NCBI GenBank assembly: GCA_037190965.1
Contig: JBBCKI010000071.1
Coordinates: 1-64,000 of the forward strand
Reading direction: 5' to 3'
DNA: 64,000 bases
Origin: Chthoniobacteraceae bacterium
GTDB lineage: Bacteria > Verrucomicrobiota > Verrucomicrobiia > Chthoniobacterales > Chthoniobacteraceae
Part shown: positions 27,288 through 36,544 of the stretch, piece after piece
Layout of the letters: each line of letters starts with the position of its first letter
How positions within the stretch are numbered: position 1 is the stretch's first letter
Notes under the pieces: generated by a model
The model's input: only the letters and a program-made list of their open reading frames with translations
What the model was told of the DNA's origin: nothing
Databases searched by the model: none
Translations under genes and position numbers: made by a program

Positions 27288-27649
27288 TGTTTCCGAGCCT
27301 GCTCGCCCTCCCGGATGAGCTGCCAGAATCCCGGCTTTTCCTCAAGGGAGCGGTCCTCTTCCACCATCGGCAGCTTGGAGCGGAAGAGAAAGTCGCGGAT
27401 CGTGTTCTTGTGGAGCACCCGGTGGATGGTGATCCCCTCCGTTGCCTTTTCGAAATAGATGCGGTAATCCCGCGCGCGGTAGCGGTAGAGCGCCTTGCCG
27501 TCTCGCGCCATCTTGCCAAACCGCTCCGGGTCGAGCCTGTCGAGGTCTTCGGGCAGGATCTGGAATTCCGCAAGAAGATCGAGTTGAAGCTCGGTCGGCA
27601 GCGCGGACATCTCGGCCGCGCTGATTTCGTTGAAGACGATCTGGAACAT
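27284..27649 (-). CDS. RelE/ParE-fold protein (no adjacent antitoxin seen)
   Basis: FQIVF..SAAEM..L, LYRYRARDYRIYF, IHRVLHK. Confidence 0.75.
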   Translation of the reverse strand: MFQIVFNEISAAEMSALPTELQLDLLAEFQILPEDLDRLDPERFGKMARDGKALYRYRARDYRIYFEKATEGITIHRVLHKNTIRDFLFRSKLPMVEEDRSLEEKPGFWQLIREGEQARKQ

Positions 27650-27712
27650 GAAGAGAGGGGGATGTTACTCCCGATTCCATCCTTTGGAAACCGGAAACCG
27701 GAAAGAAGAAAA

Positions 27713-27877
27713 GGTGCGGTAGCACCGGTAGTCCGCTCGCGCCGTCGAGCGCGGGAACTGACAAGGAGGCGCGTTTGACGCCCATCCCCGCAGGACGGGC
27801 TGCTGATTGTTGGATGCAACCTGGATGAAGCCAAAGGAGCCGATACCCGCGCTCGACGGCGCGAGCGGACTACCAAG
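27713..27877 (+). repeat. REP doublet family A, copy 4 (tail on the opposite end)
   Basis: GGTGCGGTAGCACC-GGTAGTCCGCTCGCGCCGTCGAGCGCGGG ... CCCGCGCTCGACGGCGCGAGCGGACTACC. Confidence 0.9.
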
Positions 27878-27878
27878 A

Positions 27879-28481
27879 TCAGCTACGGCTATCCGCGATC
27901 CTCGCGACCACGGCCGGGTAGAGCGCGTGTTCTGCAGCCTGGATGCGCGCGTGCAGGCTTTCGACGGTGTCCTCGGGAAGGACGGGGACCTCGCGCTGCT
28001 CGATGATCGGGCCGGTATCCATGCCGCTGTCGACATAGTGGACGGTACATCCTGTCACGGTAGCCCCGGATTCCAACGCCTGCTTCCAGGCCGCAAGCCC
28101 CGGGTAAGCGGGTAGGAGGGAGGGGTGGATGTTGATGATGCGCTGCGGAAACGCTTCCAGCAGCGGTGCCTTGACCATCCGCATGTAGCCGGCGAGCACG
28201 ACAAGCTCGACCCCGGCTTCCTGAAGCAGCGCCACGATTCGCGCTTCCGCCTCGGGCTCAAGCTTGGTGCGGAAGCGGCCAGGAGACACGAACTCGGCGC
28301 GAATCTTCAGGGATCGGGCAAGGTCGAGAATTCCCGCGTCTTCAAAATCGGAAAGGACAATGCGGACTTCCGCGTTGACCCGGCCCGCGTCGATGGCATC
28401 CGCGATGGCGGCAAAGTTGGAGCCCTTTCCGGAGCCGAGCACCCCGATTTTGAGTGGTGCGGTGGGGTTTACGGTTTGCAT
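27879..28481 (-). CDS. purN: Phosphoribosylglycinamide formyltransferase
   Basis: GSGKGSNF, LAGYMR, NIHPSLLP, GCTVHYVD.GMDTGPII. Confidence 0.96.
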   Translation of the reverse strand: MQTVNPTAPLKIGVLGSGKGSNFAAIADAIDAGRVNAEVRIVLSDFEDAGILDLARSLKIRAEFVSPGRFRTKLEPEAEARIVALLQEAGVELVVLAGYMRMVKAPLLEAFPQRIINIHPSLLPAYPGLAAWKQALESGATVTGCTVHYVDSGMDTGPIIEQREVPVLPEDTVESLHARIQAAEHALYPAVVARIADSRS

Positions 28482-28975
28482 GGAGAGGAGACGGATTTCA
28501 GGATGTTGGTGGTGGATCGGCCGGGGACGAGCGGGAGAATGCGGATTTCCGCGCCAGCCTTATCCAACGCGCCGCGCTCTTCGGGATCAAGCGATTCCGC
28601 GGTGTAATCGCCCCCCTTGGCGTAGATCTGCGGGCGAACGGTGCGGATCAGCCCGGTCATCCGGGTCTCCGAGGTTTCGGGGAAAATGACGACAAAATCG
28701 ACACACTCCAGCGCCGCGAGCACCTCGGCCCGGTCGTCCTGCCCGTTGACGGGGCGGGTCGGCCCCTTGAGCGCCTTGACGGAGGCGTCTCCATTGACCG
28801 CGACGGCGAGCGCATCCCCCAACGCCCGCGCGGCTTGGAGATAACGGACGTGGCCCACGTGAAGCAGGTCGAAGCAGCCGTTGGTGAACACCAGTTTCCG
28901 CCCTTCGGCGGCGAACTCGTCGCGCACCCGGGCAAGGGCGTCGCTGGAAACAATCTTTTTCAAGGCGTCAGGCAT
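28469..28975 (-). CDS. rfaE2: D-glycero-beta-D-manno-heptose 1-phosphate adenylyltransferase (RfaE domain II / HldC)
   Basis: FTNGCFDLLHVGH, LKGPTRPVN, KGGDY, STT. Confidence 0.92.
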   Translation of the reverse strand: MPDALKKIVSSDALARVRDEFAAEGRKLVFTNGCFDLLHVGHVRYLQAARALGDALAVAVNGDASVKALKGPTRPVNGQDDRAEVLAALECVDFVVIFPETSETRMTGLIRTVRPQIYAKGGDYTAESLDPEERGALDKAGAEIRILPLVPGRSTTNILKSVSSPCKP

Positions 28976-29232
28976 GAGATTCAAGGAAGGGAAAATCTTT
29001 AAGGAACCGCTGATTAAAGCGAGCGATGCCGCAAGCTGGTCATTTTGGCGGCTTTCCAACCCGATTTTTCCTCACCTGTCTTCAGACAGGCTGCGGAAAA
29101 TCGGCTTGGAAATCCATCCAAACTGCCTGCGCTTTCGTCATGCTCCATTTAATCAGTGATTCCTTAGCCGTGATTGCACCGCCCGACAATTAGCATTTGT
29201 GCTACCCCCGTTTCCTGATCCACAGTGGAGGC

Positions 29233-30342
29233 ATGCACGACCCACGGTTTGACAAGCTCGCGAAACTGCTCACCGGTTTTTCAACTTCGCTCCGGCGGGG
29301 CGACAAGGTGTTGCTGGAGGGGTTTGATATTCCGGCGGAAATGATGGTGTCCCTCGTGCGGGCCGTTCGCGGCCTGGGGGCGATTCCATTCGTGCAGATT
29401 CATCAGGCGCGCATCTCCCGGGAGATGGTTCGGGAAGCCGATCCCGAGCAGTACGACCTCATCGCCAGACATGAGCTGGCGCGCATGAAGCAGATGGACG
29501 CCTACATCGCCATTCGGGGCGCGGATAATGTCGCCGAGATGGCCGACGTGCCGGGCGACCGGATGAAGCTGGTCTCCAAGAAGATCAAGCCGGTGCTCGA
29601 TCACCGCGTGAAGAAAACCCGCTGGTGCATCCTCCGTTGGCCCTCCCCGTCGATGGCGCAACAGGCAGGGATGAGCACGGAGCAGTTCGAGAATTTCTTC
29701 TTCGATGTCTGCACGCTCGACTACGCGCGGATGCAGCCCGGCATGAAGGCGCTCAAGGCGCTCATGGACAAGACCGACCTCGTGGAGATCAAGGGCCCCG
29801 GGACCGATCTCCGCTTTTCGATCAAGAACATCCCCGCGATTTCCTGCGGCGGCACGCACAATATTCCCGACGGCGAGGTCTTTACCGCGCCGGTGCGGAA
29901 GTCTGTGCAGGGGGTGATCTCCTACAACGCGCCGACGATTTATCAGGGCGTGGCTTTCGACAACATCCGGCTCGAGTTCAAAGACGGCAAGATCGTTGGC
30001 GCCGTCGCGAACAACACCGAGAAGCTCAATCACATTCTCGATTCGGACGCGGGCGCGCGGTACATCGGTGAATTCGCCATCGGCTTCAACCCGCACATCC
30101 TCCACCCGATGCGCGACATTCTCTTTGACGAAAAGATCGCCGGGTCCTTCCACTTCACGCCGGGCCAATGCTACGAGCAGACCGAGAACGGCAACCGCTC
30201 GCAGGTTCATTGGGATATGGTCTCCATCCATCGTGAGGACTACGGCGGCGGGACCATCCATTTCGATGGCAAGCTGATCCGCGAGAATGGTCGGTTCGTC
30301 CCGAAAGCGCTTCAGGCGCTGAATCCGGAAAATCTGGCGTAA
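29233..30342 (+). CDS. Aminopeptidase, M29 family (AmpS/PepS-like)
   Basis: [29 protein letters not shown]. Confidence 0.93.
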   Translation: MHDPRFDKLAKLLTGFSTSLRRGDKVLLEGFDIPAEMMVSLVRAVRGLGAIPFVQIHQARISREMVREADPEQYDLIARHELARMKQMDAYIAIRGADNVAEMADVPGDRMKLVSKKIKPVLDHRVKKTRWCILRWPSPSMAQQAGMSTEQFENFFFDVCTLDYARMQPGMKALKALMDKTDLVEIKGPGTDLRFSIKNIPAISCGGTHNIPDGEVFTAPVRKSVQGVISYNAPTIYQGVAFDNIRLEFKDGKIVGAVANNTEKLNHILDSDAGARYIGEFAIGFNPHILHPMRDILFDEKIAGSFHFTPGQCYEQTENGNRSQVHWDMVSIHREDYGGGTIHFDGKLIRENGRFVPKALQALNPENLA

Positions 30343-30441
30343 TCGTTTTTTAGGGTAATCGGGAAAAAGCTGAAACCCGGAGGGGGAGAATAAAGTTTTT
30401 GTCGGCGGGCGTTAAAGTTGCTGTCATCGGCAGGCAACTTT

Positions 30442-31458
30442 ATGCACACCGACGCGACGACTTCGCATCCCCGCAGAAAAAAACGGTCCTTCCTTCGCAC
30501 CTTTTTTTGGGCAGTCGGGGCGGTTGTCCTGATTGTCGCTCTTATCGTGGCCGCTCTCGGGGCGGTCGTTCAGTACGGTGCGCCGCCGACTTTTGCGACC
30601 TTGCCGGATTCCTTCAAGAGCTACAAGGTTGAGCTGACGCCCGATCTCGTCGCGCGCGGCAAAGCCCTCGCGGAAATGCGTGGCTGCTTCGATTGCCATC
30701 TGAACCGGGATACCGGGAGCGCGACGGGCGTTCTCGTTCCGGATGTCCCGCCGCCTGTGGCCAAGGTGACCCACGGCTCTAACATCACGCGGGACCTCAA
30801 TCATGGCATCGGTTCGTACAGCGACGGGCAACTTGCGTGGCTTCTGCGCACCGGTGTTCGGCCCGACGGGAGGCTCCTCGCCCCCTGGATGCCTCGCATG
30901 GTACAGGCCGCCGACGAGGATCTGAAGGCGATCATCGCGTTCCTGCGGTCTGACGATCCGATGCTTGCCGCCAACCCCCTGCCTTCCAAGGGGACGGAAT
31001 TTGGATTCCTCGGGAAAGCCCTCCGCAAGTTTGCGTGGAAGCCAGATGTGCTGCTGCCAGGGCCGATCGTGGCTCCGCCCCTCACCGACAAGGTTGCTTA
31101 TGGCAAGTATGTGGTGGCCGGGATGATCGACTGCTACGCCTGCCACTCGGCCAATTTTGCGATGGTCAACAACGCGCAGCCGGAGTTGACCCCGGGGTTT
31201 CTTGGCGGCGGCAACCCGATGATTGATCTGGCGGGCGAGCCGGTTTTCTCGGCCAACATCACGCCCGATCCCGAAACCGGCATCGGCAAATGGACCGAGC
31301 AGGACTTCATCCGTGCGCTCCGCGAGGGAGTGCATCCCAAAGGGACTCCGCTCCGCTACCCGATGCCGCACTTCCATCAGTTGAGCGAAGAGCAGGCGTC
31401 CGCCGTGTTTGCTTACCTTAAGACGGTGCCGCCGATTCAAAACGCCGTGAAAAAGTAG
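30442..31458 (+). CDS. Membrane-anchored dihaem cytochrome c
   Basis: TM anchor, CFDCH and CYACH, NITPD..TGIG.W. Confidence 0.9.
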   Translation: MHTDATTSHPRRKKRSFLRTFFWAVGAVVLIVALIVAALGAVVQYGAPPTFATLPDSFKSYKVELTPDLVARGKALAEMRGCFDCHLNRDTGSATGVLVPDVPPPVAKVTHGSNITRDLNHGIGSYSDGQLAWLLRTGVRPDGRLLAPWMPRMVQAADEDLKAIIAFLRSDDPMLAANPLPSKGTEFGFLGKALRKFAWKPDVLLPGPIVAPPLTDKVAYGKYVVAGMIDCYACHSANFAMVNNAQPELTPGFLGGGNPMIDLAGEPVFSANITPDPETGIGKWTEQDFIRALREGVHPKGTPLRYPMPHFHQLSEEQASAVFAYLKTVPPIQNAVKK

Positions 31459-31496
31459 GTTCGGGTTCAACACGGGGTGCATGGAGGGGAAGTAAT

Positions 31497-31654
31497 GGTG
31501 CGGCAGCACCGGTAGCACGCTCGTCGAGCGCGGGTATCGGCTTTCGTGGCTTCATGAGCCCTCGTCCCAATACCAGAAGTCCGTCCTGCGGGGATGGCGC
31601 CAAACGTCGACTCGCGAACCGATCCCGCGCTCTCGGCGAGAGCGGTCTACCTTG
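31497..31654 (-). repeat. REP doublet family A, copy 5
   Basis: Reverse complement of the family A consensus, ending CCCGCGCTCTCGGCGAGAGCGGTCTACCTTG. Confidence 0.9.
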
Positions 31655-31692
31655 CCCATCTTCCACCGGCCAATTTCCAGCGGCTCTTCGGT

Positions 31693-32007
31693 TCAATCGG
31701 TCTCGTCCACAATCCACTCCAGATACTTGGGCAGACCGCCGGAAGGCACGAAGGTGACGATTTCGGGGACTTCGTAGGGGTGTAGCTCGGAAAGACGCGC
31801 TTCGAGGCGCGGATAGCACTCGTCCGTGCTTTTGAAGAGGACGAGCACTTCGGTGGAGGTCTCGATTTTGTCCTTCCAGCGGTAGATAGATTCCACGCCG
31901 GGGACGAGATTGCCGCAGGCGGCGAGCCGTTCTTCCACGCAGGTGCGCACGATCCGCCGCGCGGTGTCGGCATCGGGGAAGGTGCTGATGACGAGAAGCG
32001 GGAGCAT
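31693..32007 (-). CDS. cutA: Divalent-cation tolerance protein CutA
   Basis: RLAACGN, SIYRW, HPYEVPEI, YLEW. Confidence 0.93.
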   Translation of the reverse strand: MLPLLVISTFPDADTARRIVRTCVEERLAACGNLVPGVESIYRWKDKIETSTEVLVLFKSTDECYPRLEARLSELHPYEVPEIVTFVPSGGLPKYLEWIVDETD

Positions 32008-32047
32008 TGCTCTCTTTTCGTGGGTGGTGCCTCCTGCGGCCCTGCCT

Positions 32048-33181
32048 TTAAGCCGCCCCGACCGCTTGGCTTGACGTCGTGGAGATCGCCTGTTGCCGGG
32101 TGATCCAGCCCCCACCCAGCACGCGCTGGCCTTCACCGTAGCAGACGGCGGCCTGGCCCGGTGTTACGGCGCGTTGCGGGACATGGAGGCGAACGCGGGC
32201 TTCGCCATTGCCGCTGGGGTCCGGATAAACGGTCGCGTCGGCTCCAGGGTGGGCGTAACGGATTTTGACGTTCACTTCGAAAGGGCCGGTCGGCTCGCCG
32301 TCGAGCCAGTTGCAATGATCGATGCTGAACTCCTCGGTCACGAGATCTTCCGCGTCGCCGACAATCACGCGGTGCGTGGCAGGGTCGATATCGATCACAT
32401 AAAGCGGTGCAGGCGATCCGCCGGGCAGCCCCTTGCGCTGGCCGATGGTGAAAAGCTCGATGCCCTCGTGATCCGCAAGGCGCTTGCCGTTCTTGTCGTA
32501 GATGCCGCCGCGATGGAATTCGCTTTCGTCGAGGTGCTGGCGCAGGAACGCTTTATAGTCGTTGCCCGGCACGAAGCAGATTTCCTGGCTATCCACCTTG
32601 TCGGCCACCTTGAGGCCGAGCCGGCGGGCGATCTCGCGGATCTCCGGCTTCTCCATGCCGCCGAGCGGCGTGAGCGCGCGGCGGAGCTGTTCCTGCCTCA
32701 GGCTGAAGAGGAAGTACGACTGGTCTTTACGCGGGTCCCGCCCTTTGCGAAGGACGGAGGGCGCATTTTCGAAATGCTCGATGATCGCATAGTGCCCGGT
32801 GGCGATATATTCCGCCCCGAGCGAACGGGCCTTGGCCCAGAGATTGCCGAACTTGACCTTCTCGTTGCACATCACGCACGGGTTCGGTGTCCGCCCGGCT
32901 TTGTACTCGGAGGTGAAGTAGTCGATGACCAGCGCCTCGAAGTCCGTCGCTTCGTCCACGACGTAATGGGGGATGCCGATGGAATGCGCCACGCTACGCG
33001 CGTCCGCGATGGCCGAGGGGCCGCAGCATTTGTCTTCCGCCCGCGAGATGCAGTCCTGCGGCCAGACTTTCATTGTGACGCCGACAACATCGTACCCCTG
33101 CTGCTTGAGCAGATAGGCTGCGACGGACGAATCGACGCCGCCGCTCATCCCCAGGACGACGCGCGGTTTGGTGGTACTCAT
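32048..33181 (-). CDS. mnmA: tRNA 2-thiouridylase
   Basis: SGGVDS, TPNPCVMCN, ATGHY, KDQSYFL, DSQEICF, TIGQRKG, PGQAAV. Confidence 0.97.
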   Translation of the reverse strand: MSTTKPRVVLGMSGGVDSSVAAYLLKQQGYDVVGVTMKVWPQDCISRAEDKCCGPSAIADARSVAHSIGIPHYVVDEATDFEALVIDYFTSEYKAGRTPNPCVMCNEKVKFGNLWAKARSLGAEYIATGHYAIIEHFENAPSVLRKGRDPRKDQSYFLFSLRQEQLRRALTPLGGMEKPEIREIARRLGLKVADKVDSQEICFVPGNDYKAFLRQHLDESEFHRGGIYDKNGKRLADHEGIELFTIGQRKGLPGGSPAPLYVIDIDPATHRVIVGDAEDLVTEEFSIDHCNWLDGEPTGPFEVNVKIRYAHPGADATVYPDPSGNGEARVRLHVPQRAVTPGQAAVCYGEGQRVLGGGWITRQQAISTTSSQAVGAA

Positions 33182-33309
33182 GAAAACCCCTAGGATACGC
33201 CGGATCACGACGGCGTAAACCTCAAAAACAGCCTCTGCGGTCGGAGGGATGGCGGAAAGATTGAAAAACGTCGGATGGCAATCTTGAAATCTGCCCGCTA
33301 TCGTCCCTC

Positions 33310-33486
33310 ATGCAAAAACGTATGAGGGGGGCCCATCCCCGCACCCCGGGCGGCAGACAACCTGTCAAAGGTTCCCAAGGCAACGCACAGCCGGGCAGCT
33401 ATTCCAAGTTTATGCCCGTGAGAGCGCCAAAGCCTCCTGCAAAGCCTTCTCAGCCCTCTGCGCCGCCTTCCGACCCGACCGCCTGA
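33310..33486 (+). CDS. Possible 58-aa basic, Pro-rich small protein
   Basis: [10 protein letters not shown]...PSDPTA; its stop lies 2 bp before the next ATG; no recognised motif. Confidence 0.35.
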   Translation: MQKRMRGAHPRTPGGRQPVKGSQGNAQPGSYSKFMPVRAPKPPAKPSQPSAPPSDPTA

Positions 33487-33488
33487 CG

Positions 33489-33794
33489 ATGAGCGAGTCG
33501 AAGGATCCACTTCACGGCGTGACGCTGGAGATGATGCTGACGCGCCTGGTCGAGTTCCACGGCTGGGAGGAAATGGGGAGGCGGATCAATATCCGGTGCT
33601 TCAATTTCGACCCGAGCATCAAGTCGAGCCTTCGGTTTCTTCGTAAAACTCCTTGGGCGAGGACGAAGGTGGAGGATTTGTATTTGCGCTACGTTTGGGT
33701 TTCAGCCCGACAGGCTGCGGACCTTAGGAACGCAGCGACGCCAGAGCCGCCTCGATCGGAACCGTCTGCCGCTGGCGATCCAGAAAGAAACTGA
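33489..33794 (+). CDS. VF530/DUF2132 family DNA-binding protein
   Basis: [41 protein letters not shown]. Confidence 0.92.
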   Translation: MSESKDPLHGVTLEMMLTRLVEFHGWEEMGRRINIRCFNFDPSIKSSLRFLRKTPWARTKVEDLYLRYVWVSARQAADLRNAATPEPPRSEPSAAGDPERN

Positions 33795-34545
33795 TCTCGC
33801 GGTAGCCGACCTCGCGCAGGATGTGCAAGGCCTCCTCGTAGCGATCCGCCACGCGCTGGGGCAGGTGGGCGTCCGCGCCGAGCACCACGGGGATGCCCCG
33901 TTCGTGCATCAGCTTGAGCTGGGGAATGCCGGGGTTCATCTCCGGCAACAGTTTGCTCAGGCCGCTGGTGTTGAGCTCCATGGCCACGCCCGTCGCGGCG
34001 ATGCGGTCCAGAGCCCGCTCGATGAATGGTTGGATGCGCGCGAAGTGCCATTCCTCAGGCGCTTCGTTTTTGATCAAGTCGGGGTGGGCCAGCGTGTCGA
34101 AGAGACCGGACTCCGCCGAGCGGGCGAGGTGATCGTAGTAGAGTTGCTGATACGCGAAAACGTCTCCCGTAAAATAAAGCCGTCGATAGTCGCCGACCTG
34201 GTAATGCACCGAGCCAAGCACATGGTGGAGCGGTTCCCGCGCATGAAGCTTTTCCAGCCATGGCTCCACCCCGGGATAGTAATCGCTTTCCAGCCCCAGA
34301 CGCACATCGACCCGGCCCGCGAATGCCGCCCGAGCCCGCGCCACCATCGCCACATATTGATCGAACTCCTCCGGCTTCATCCGAACACTGGCGGAAAAGC
34401 CATCCGGCAGCGGGCAGTGGCAGGTGACGATCAGCCCGGCCAGTCCGCGCGCCTCGGCCACCGCCGCGAATTCCTCGGGTTCACCGATGGAGTGATTGCA
34501 GAGCGGCGTATGGCAATGGCTTTCGTAAAGGAGAGGTCCCGGCAT
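33724..34545 (-). CDS. PHP-domain histidinol-phosphatase (HisJ/HisK family)
   Basis: [36 protein letters not shown]. Confidence 0.88.
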   Translation of the reverse strand: MPGPLLYESHCHTPLCNHSIGEPEEFAAVAEARGLAGLIVTCHCPLPDGFSASVRMKPEEFDQYVAMVARARAAFAGRVDVRLGLESDYYPGVEPWLEKLHAREPLHHVLGSVHYQVGDYRRLYFTGDVFAYQQLYYDHLARSAESGLFDTLAHPDLIKNEAPEEWHFARIQPFIERALDRIAATGVAMELNTSGLSKLLPEMNPGIPQLKLMHERGIPVVLGADAHLPQRVADRYEEALHILREVGYREISFFLDRQRQTVPIEAALASLRS

Positions 34546-34620
34546 GACCTCCTTACCTTCGACAATCCGGCACAGGGGCGCAAATCAAAACCCGAAACCT
34601 AAATTCGTTTCTGTAGGGCT

Positions 34621-34783
34621 CAGGGGTAGTTCGCTCTCGCCGAGAGCGCCGGAAAAGACGAAGAGACGCGCTTGGCTCTATCCCGCAGGATGTGCTGATT
34701 CCGTTGGGATGCGGCTTTCGATAAGACACGAGAGTCGATACCCGCGCTCGGCGGCGCGAGCGGACTACCGGTGCTGCCGCACC
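34621..34783 (+). repeat. REP doublet family A, copy 6
   Basis: GGTAGTTCGCTCTCGCCGAGAGCG ... CCCGCGCTCGGCGGCGCGAGCGGACTACCGGTGCTGCCGCACC. Confidence 0.9.
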
Positions 34784-34866
34784 GTTCGGTGCGATGGCGC
34801 GGCTTTTGCTTGGCGGCCCTTGTTTTTGGGGCGATGTTCCCGGGGACCTTAAGAAACCTGGTGTCC

Positions 34867-35319
34867 ATGCAATTAAAACGCGGTCTGATCCTTTTGATCA
34901 TCGCCATTCTCGGTGTGATCTGGGGTTTCATTCCCGAAACCAGGGTGGAATCGCGCCTGGAGCAACGGGAGCGCATTGGCAATCCCTCTGCCATCGAGGA
35001 GGCCGCCCCGAAGCAGGCGCAATCAGAGCTGCCGCTCTGGAGTTCCACGCGCAGTCAGTCCGCCCGAGAGAACGCGGAGGCGCATTGGAGGAAGCATCGC
35101 AGGGAGTTCCCCGAATATCGGAGCGCCGAAGAGTATATCGCGGGGGCTCATCAGTTTCTTCGCGGCCCGCCCCCGGGCACGCTCTTCAAATCCCGCGACA
35201 ATGGGGATCGGCTGTTTTATGATCCCGCGACGAATACCTTTGCCGTCCAGGCGAGGAACGGGGCGCCACGCACGATGTTTCGCCCCGACAAAGGGTTACA
35301 ATACTGGAAACGACAATGA
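34867..35319 (+). CDS. Membrane-anchored or secreted protein with a polymorphic-toxin-like C-terminal domain
   Basis: N-terminal TM; HWRKHRREF, NGDRLFYDPATNTFAV, GAPRTMFRP..G.QYW. Confidence 0.7.
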   Translation: MQLKRGLILLIIAILGVIWGFIPETRVESRLEQRERIGNPSAIEEAAPKQAQSELPLWSSTRSQSARENAEAHWRKHRREFPEYRSAEEYIAGAHQFLRGPPPGTLFKSRDNGDRLFYDPATNTFAVQARNGAPRTMFRPDKGLQYWKRQ

Positions 35320-35534
35320 GCACTCTCTACCCATGTCCCTGCTGCGGTTCAGAAGTCTTGTCTGAGCCTGACGTTTACGAGATTTGCGAGGTGTGTGGCT
35401 GGGAGGACGACCCCGCTCAACGCAAGGACCCCTCCCTGAAGGGAGGGGCCAATGAAATGAGCCTCAGGCAGGCGCAGCGCCGCTGGAAACGGCGGCAGCG
35501 GGATGGCGGCTTGCGGAGGCCTGGAGAGGTCTAG
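35316..35534 (+). CDS. Cys-rich CPCC family protein
   Basis: CPCCG, YEICEVCGWEDD, GGANEMSL.QA; ATGA overlap with the upstream gene. Confidence 0.88.
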   Translation: MSTLYPCPCCGSEVLSEPDVYEICEVCGWEDDPAQRKDPSLKGGANEMSLRQAQRRWKRRQRDGGLRRPGEV

Positions 35535-35568
35535 AGCGTCTTCGACAGAATAAACCGAAAAAGCTCTA
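35532..35568. repeat. Mini TAGAGC..GCTCTA element providing the stop codons of both convergent genes
   Basis: TAGAGCGTCTTCG ... CGAAAAAGCTCTA. Confidence 0.55.
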
Positions 35569-36273
35569 GCGGCGACGACTTGCCGGGGCCGCTGCCAAAC
35601 GGCGGCGGGATTTCATCATGACAAGGGCCGCTGCCGCGCATCCTCCAAGCATCACGTACGTGGAGGGTTCCGGCACAGGCGCGACCGTCAGTTTTGAAAA
35701 GGAGACATATCGCTCAGGCTCGGTTGTTGAAATCTCCAAGGTCCTGATGAGATCTTCCTCGGTTGCCCACCAGCCAAGGTATGGCTGCGTGCCACTGGAG
35801 ACGCTCAACAGGTCGATTGGCGCACCGCCGTTAATGGAGATTGAAAGAGTGCCGTCCATGGCGGCGTCGGAGATATCGGTCAGGGAGAAAAAGGCTCCCA
35901 CACCGAGGACGCCCGTGCCGAAATCGATCGTGAGCGAATAGTTCTGCGCAAGGGTACCCAGCCACGGCCCGCCGGTCAGATCCGAGTCATTCAGCCAGAG
36001 GCCATTGCCTTCCGCTTCCACCGTGCTCACGGTAAATGAGACTGACGAACCCGGATAACTATCAAAAGACACCGATAAACCGGACTGCTCCCCGGAGGGC
36101 AAACTGGAGAAGTCTTCTGTAATATAGCCTCCGACGGGGAGCAGTGCTGTGAACGCTGTCTCACCGACATAAGGATCGATCGCCGCTTTTGCGGGGGCGA
36201 AGGAAAGAACAGAGGATGCAAGAAGTGCCGCGAGTGGCAACCTGCGATTCAGGAGGTTCGTGGAGAGAAACAT
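35566..36273 (-). CDS. PEP-CTERM sorting domain surface protein
   Basis: Signal peptide; VPEPSTY, TM and KSRRR. Confidence 0.9.
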   Translation of the reverse strand: MFLSTNLLNRRLPLAALLASSVLSFAPAKAAIDPYVGETAFTALLPVGGYITEDFSSLPSGEQSGLSVSFDSYPGSSVSFTVSTVEAEGNGLWLNDSDLTGGPWLGTLAQNYSLTIDFGTGVLGVGAFFSLTDISDAAMDGTLSISINGGAPIDLLSVSSGTQPYLGWWATEEDLIRTLEISTTEPERYVSFSKLTVAPVPEPSTYVMLGGCAAAALVMMKSRRRLAAAPASRRR

Positions 36274-36544
36274 ACTCGTGAGTATAAGGTGTTGGGGGTC
36301 GCTGTTTTTGTTAGCGGTTCTCTAATCAACGGCTGTGTAGCTTGTTAAAAGTCAGACCGTCAAGGGTAATATGAATATCGAATAATAAACCATGACCTCT
36401 TCTCATTTTTGATTTGGCTAACCATTATTGATAACCATCCGCTTTATCCAATTTCACTCTTAGCATCCGGGGTTGTACGCACCTTTGCGTATATCATCTG
36501 TGATAAGACTTGCGGAGCAATTCTCCCGGTGGTTCCCAAGGCAA

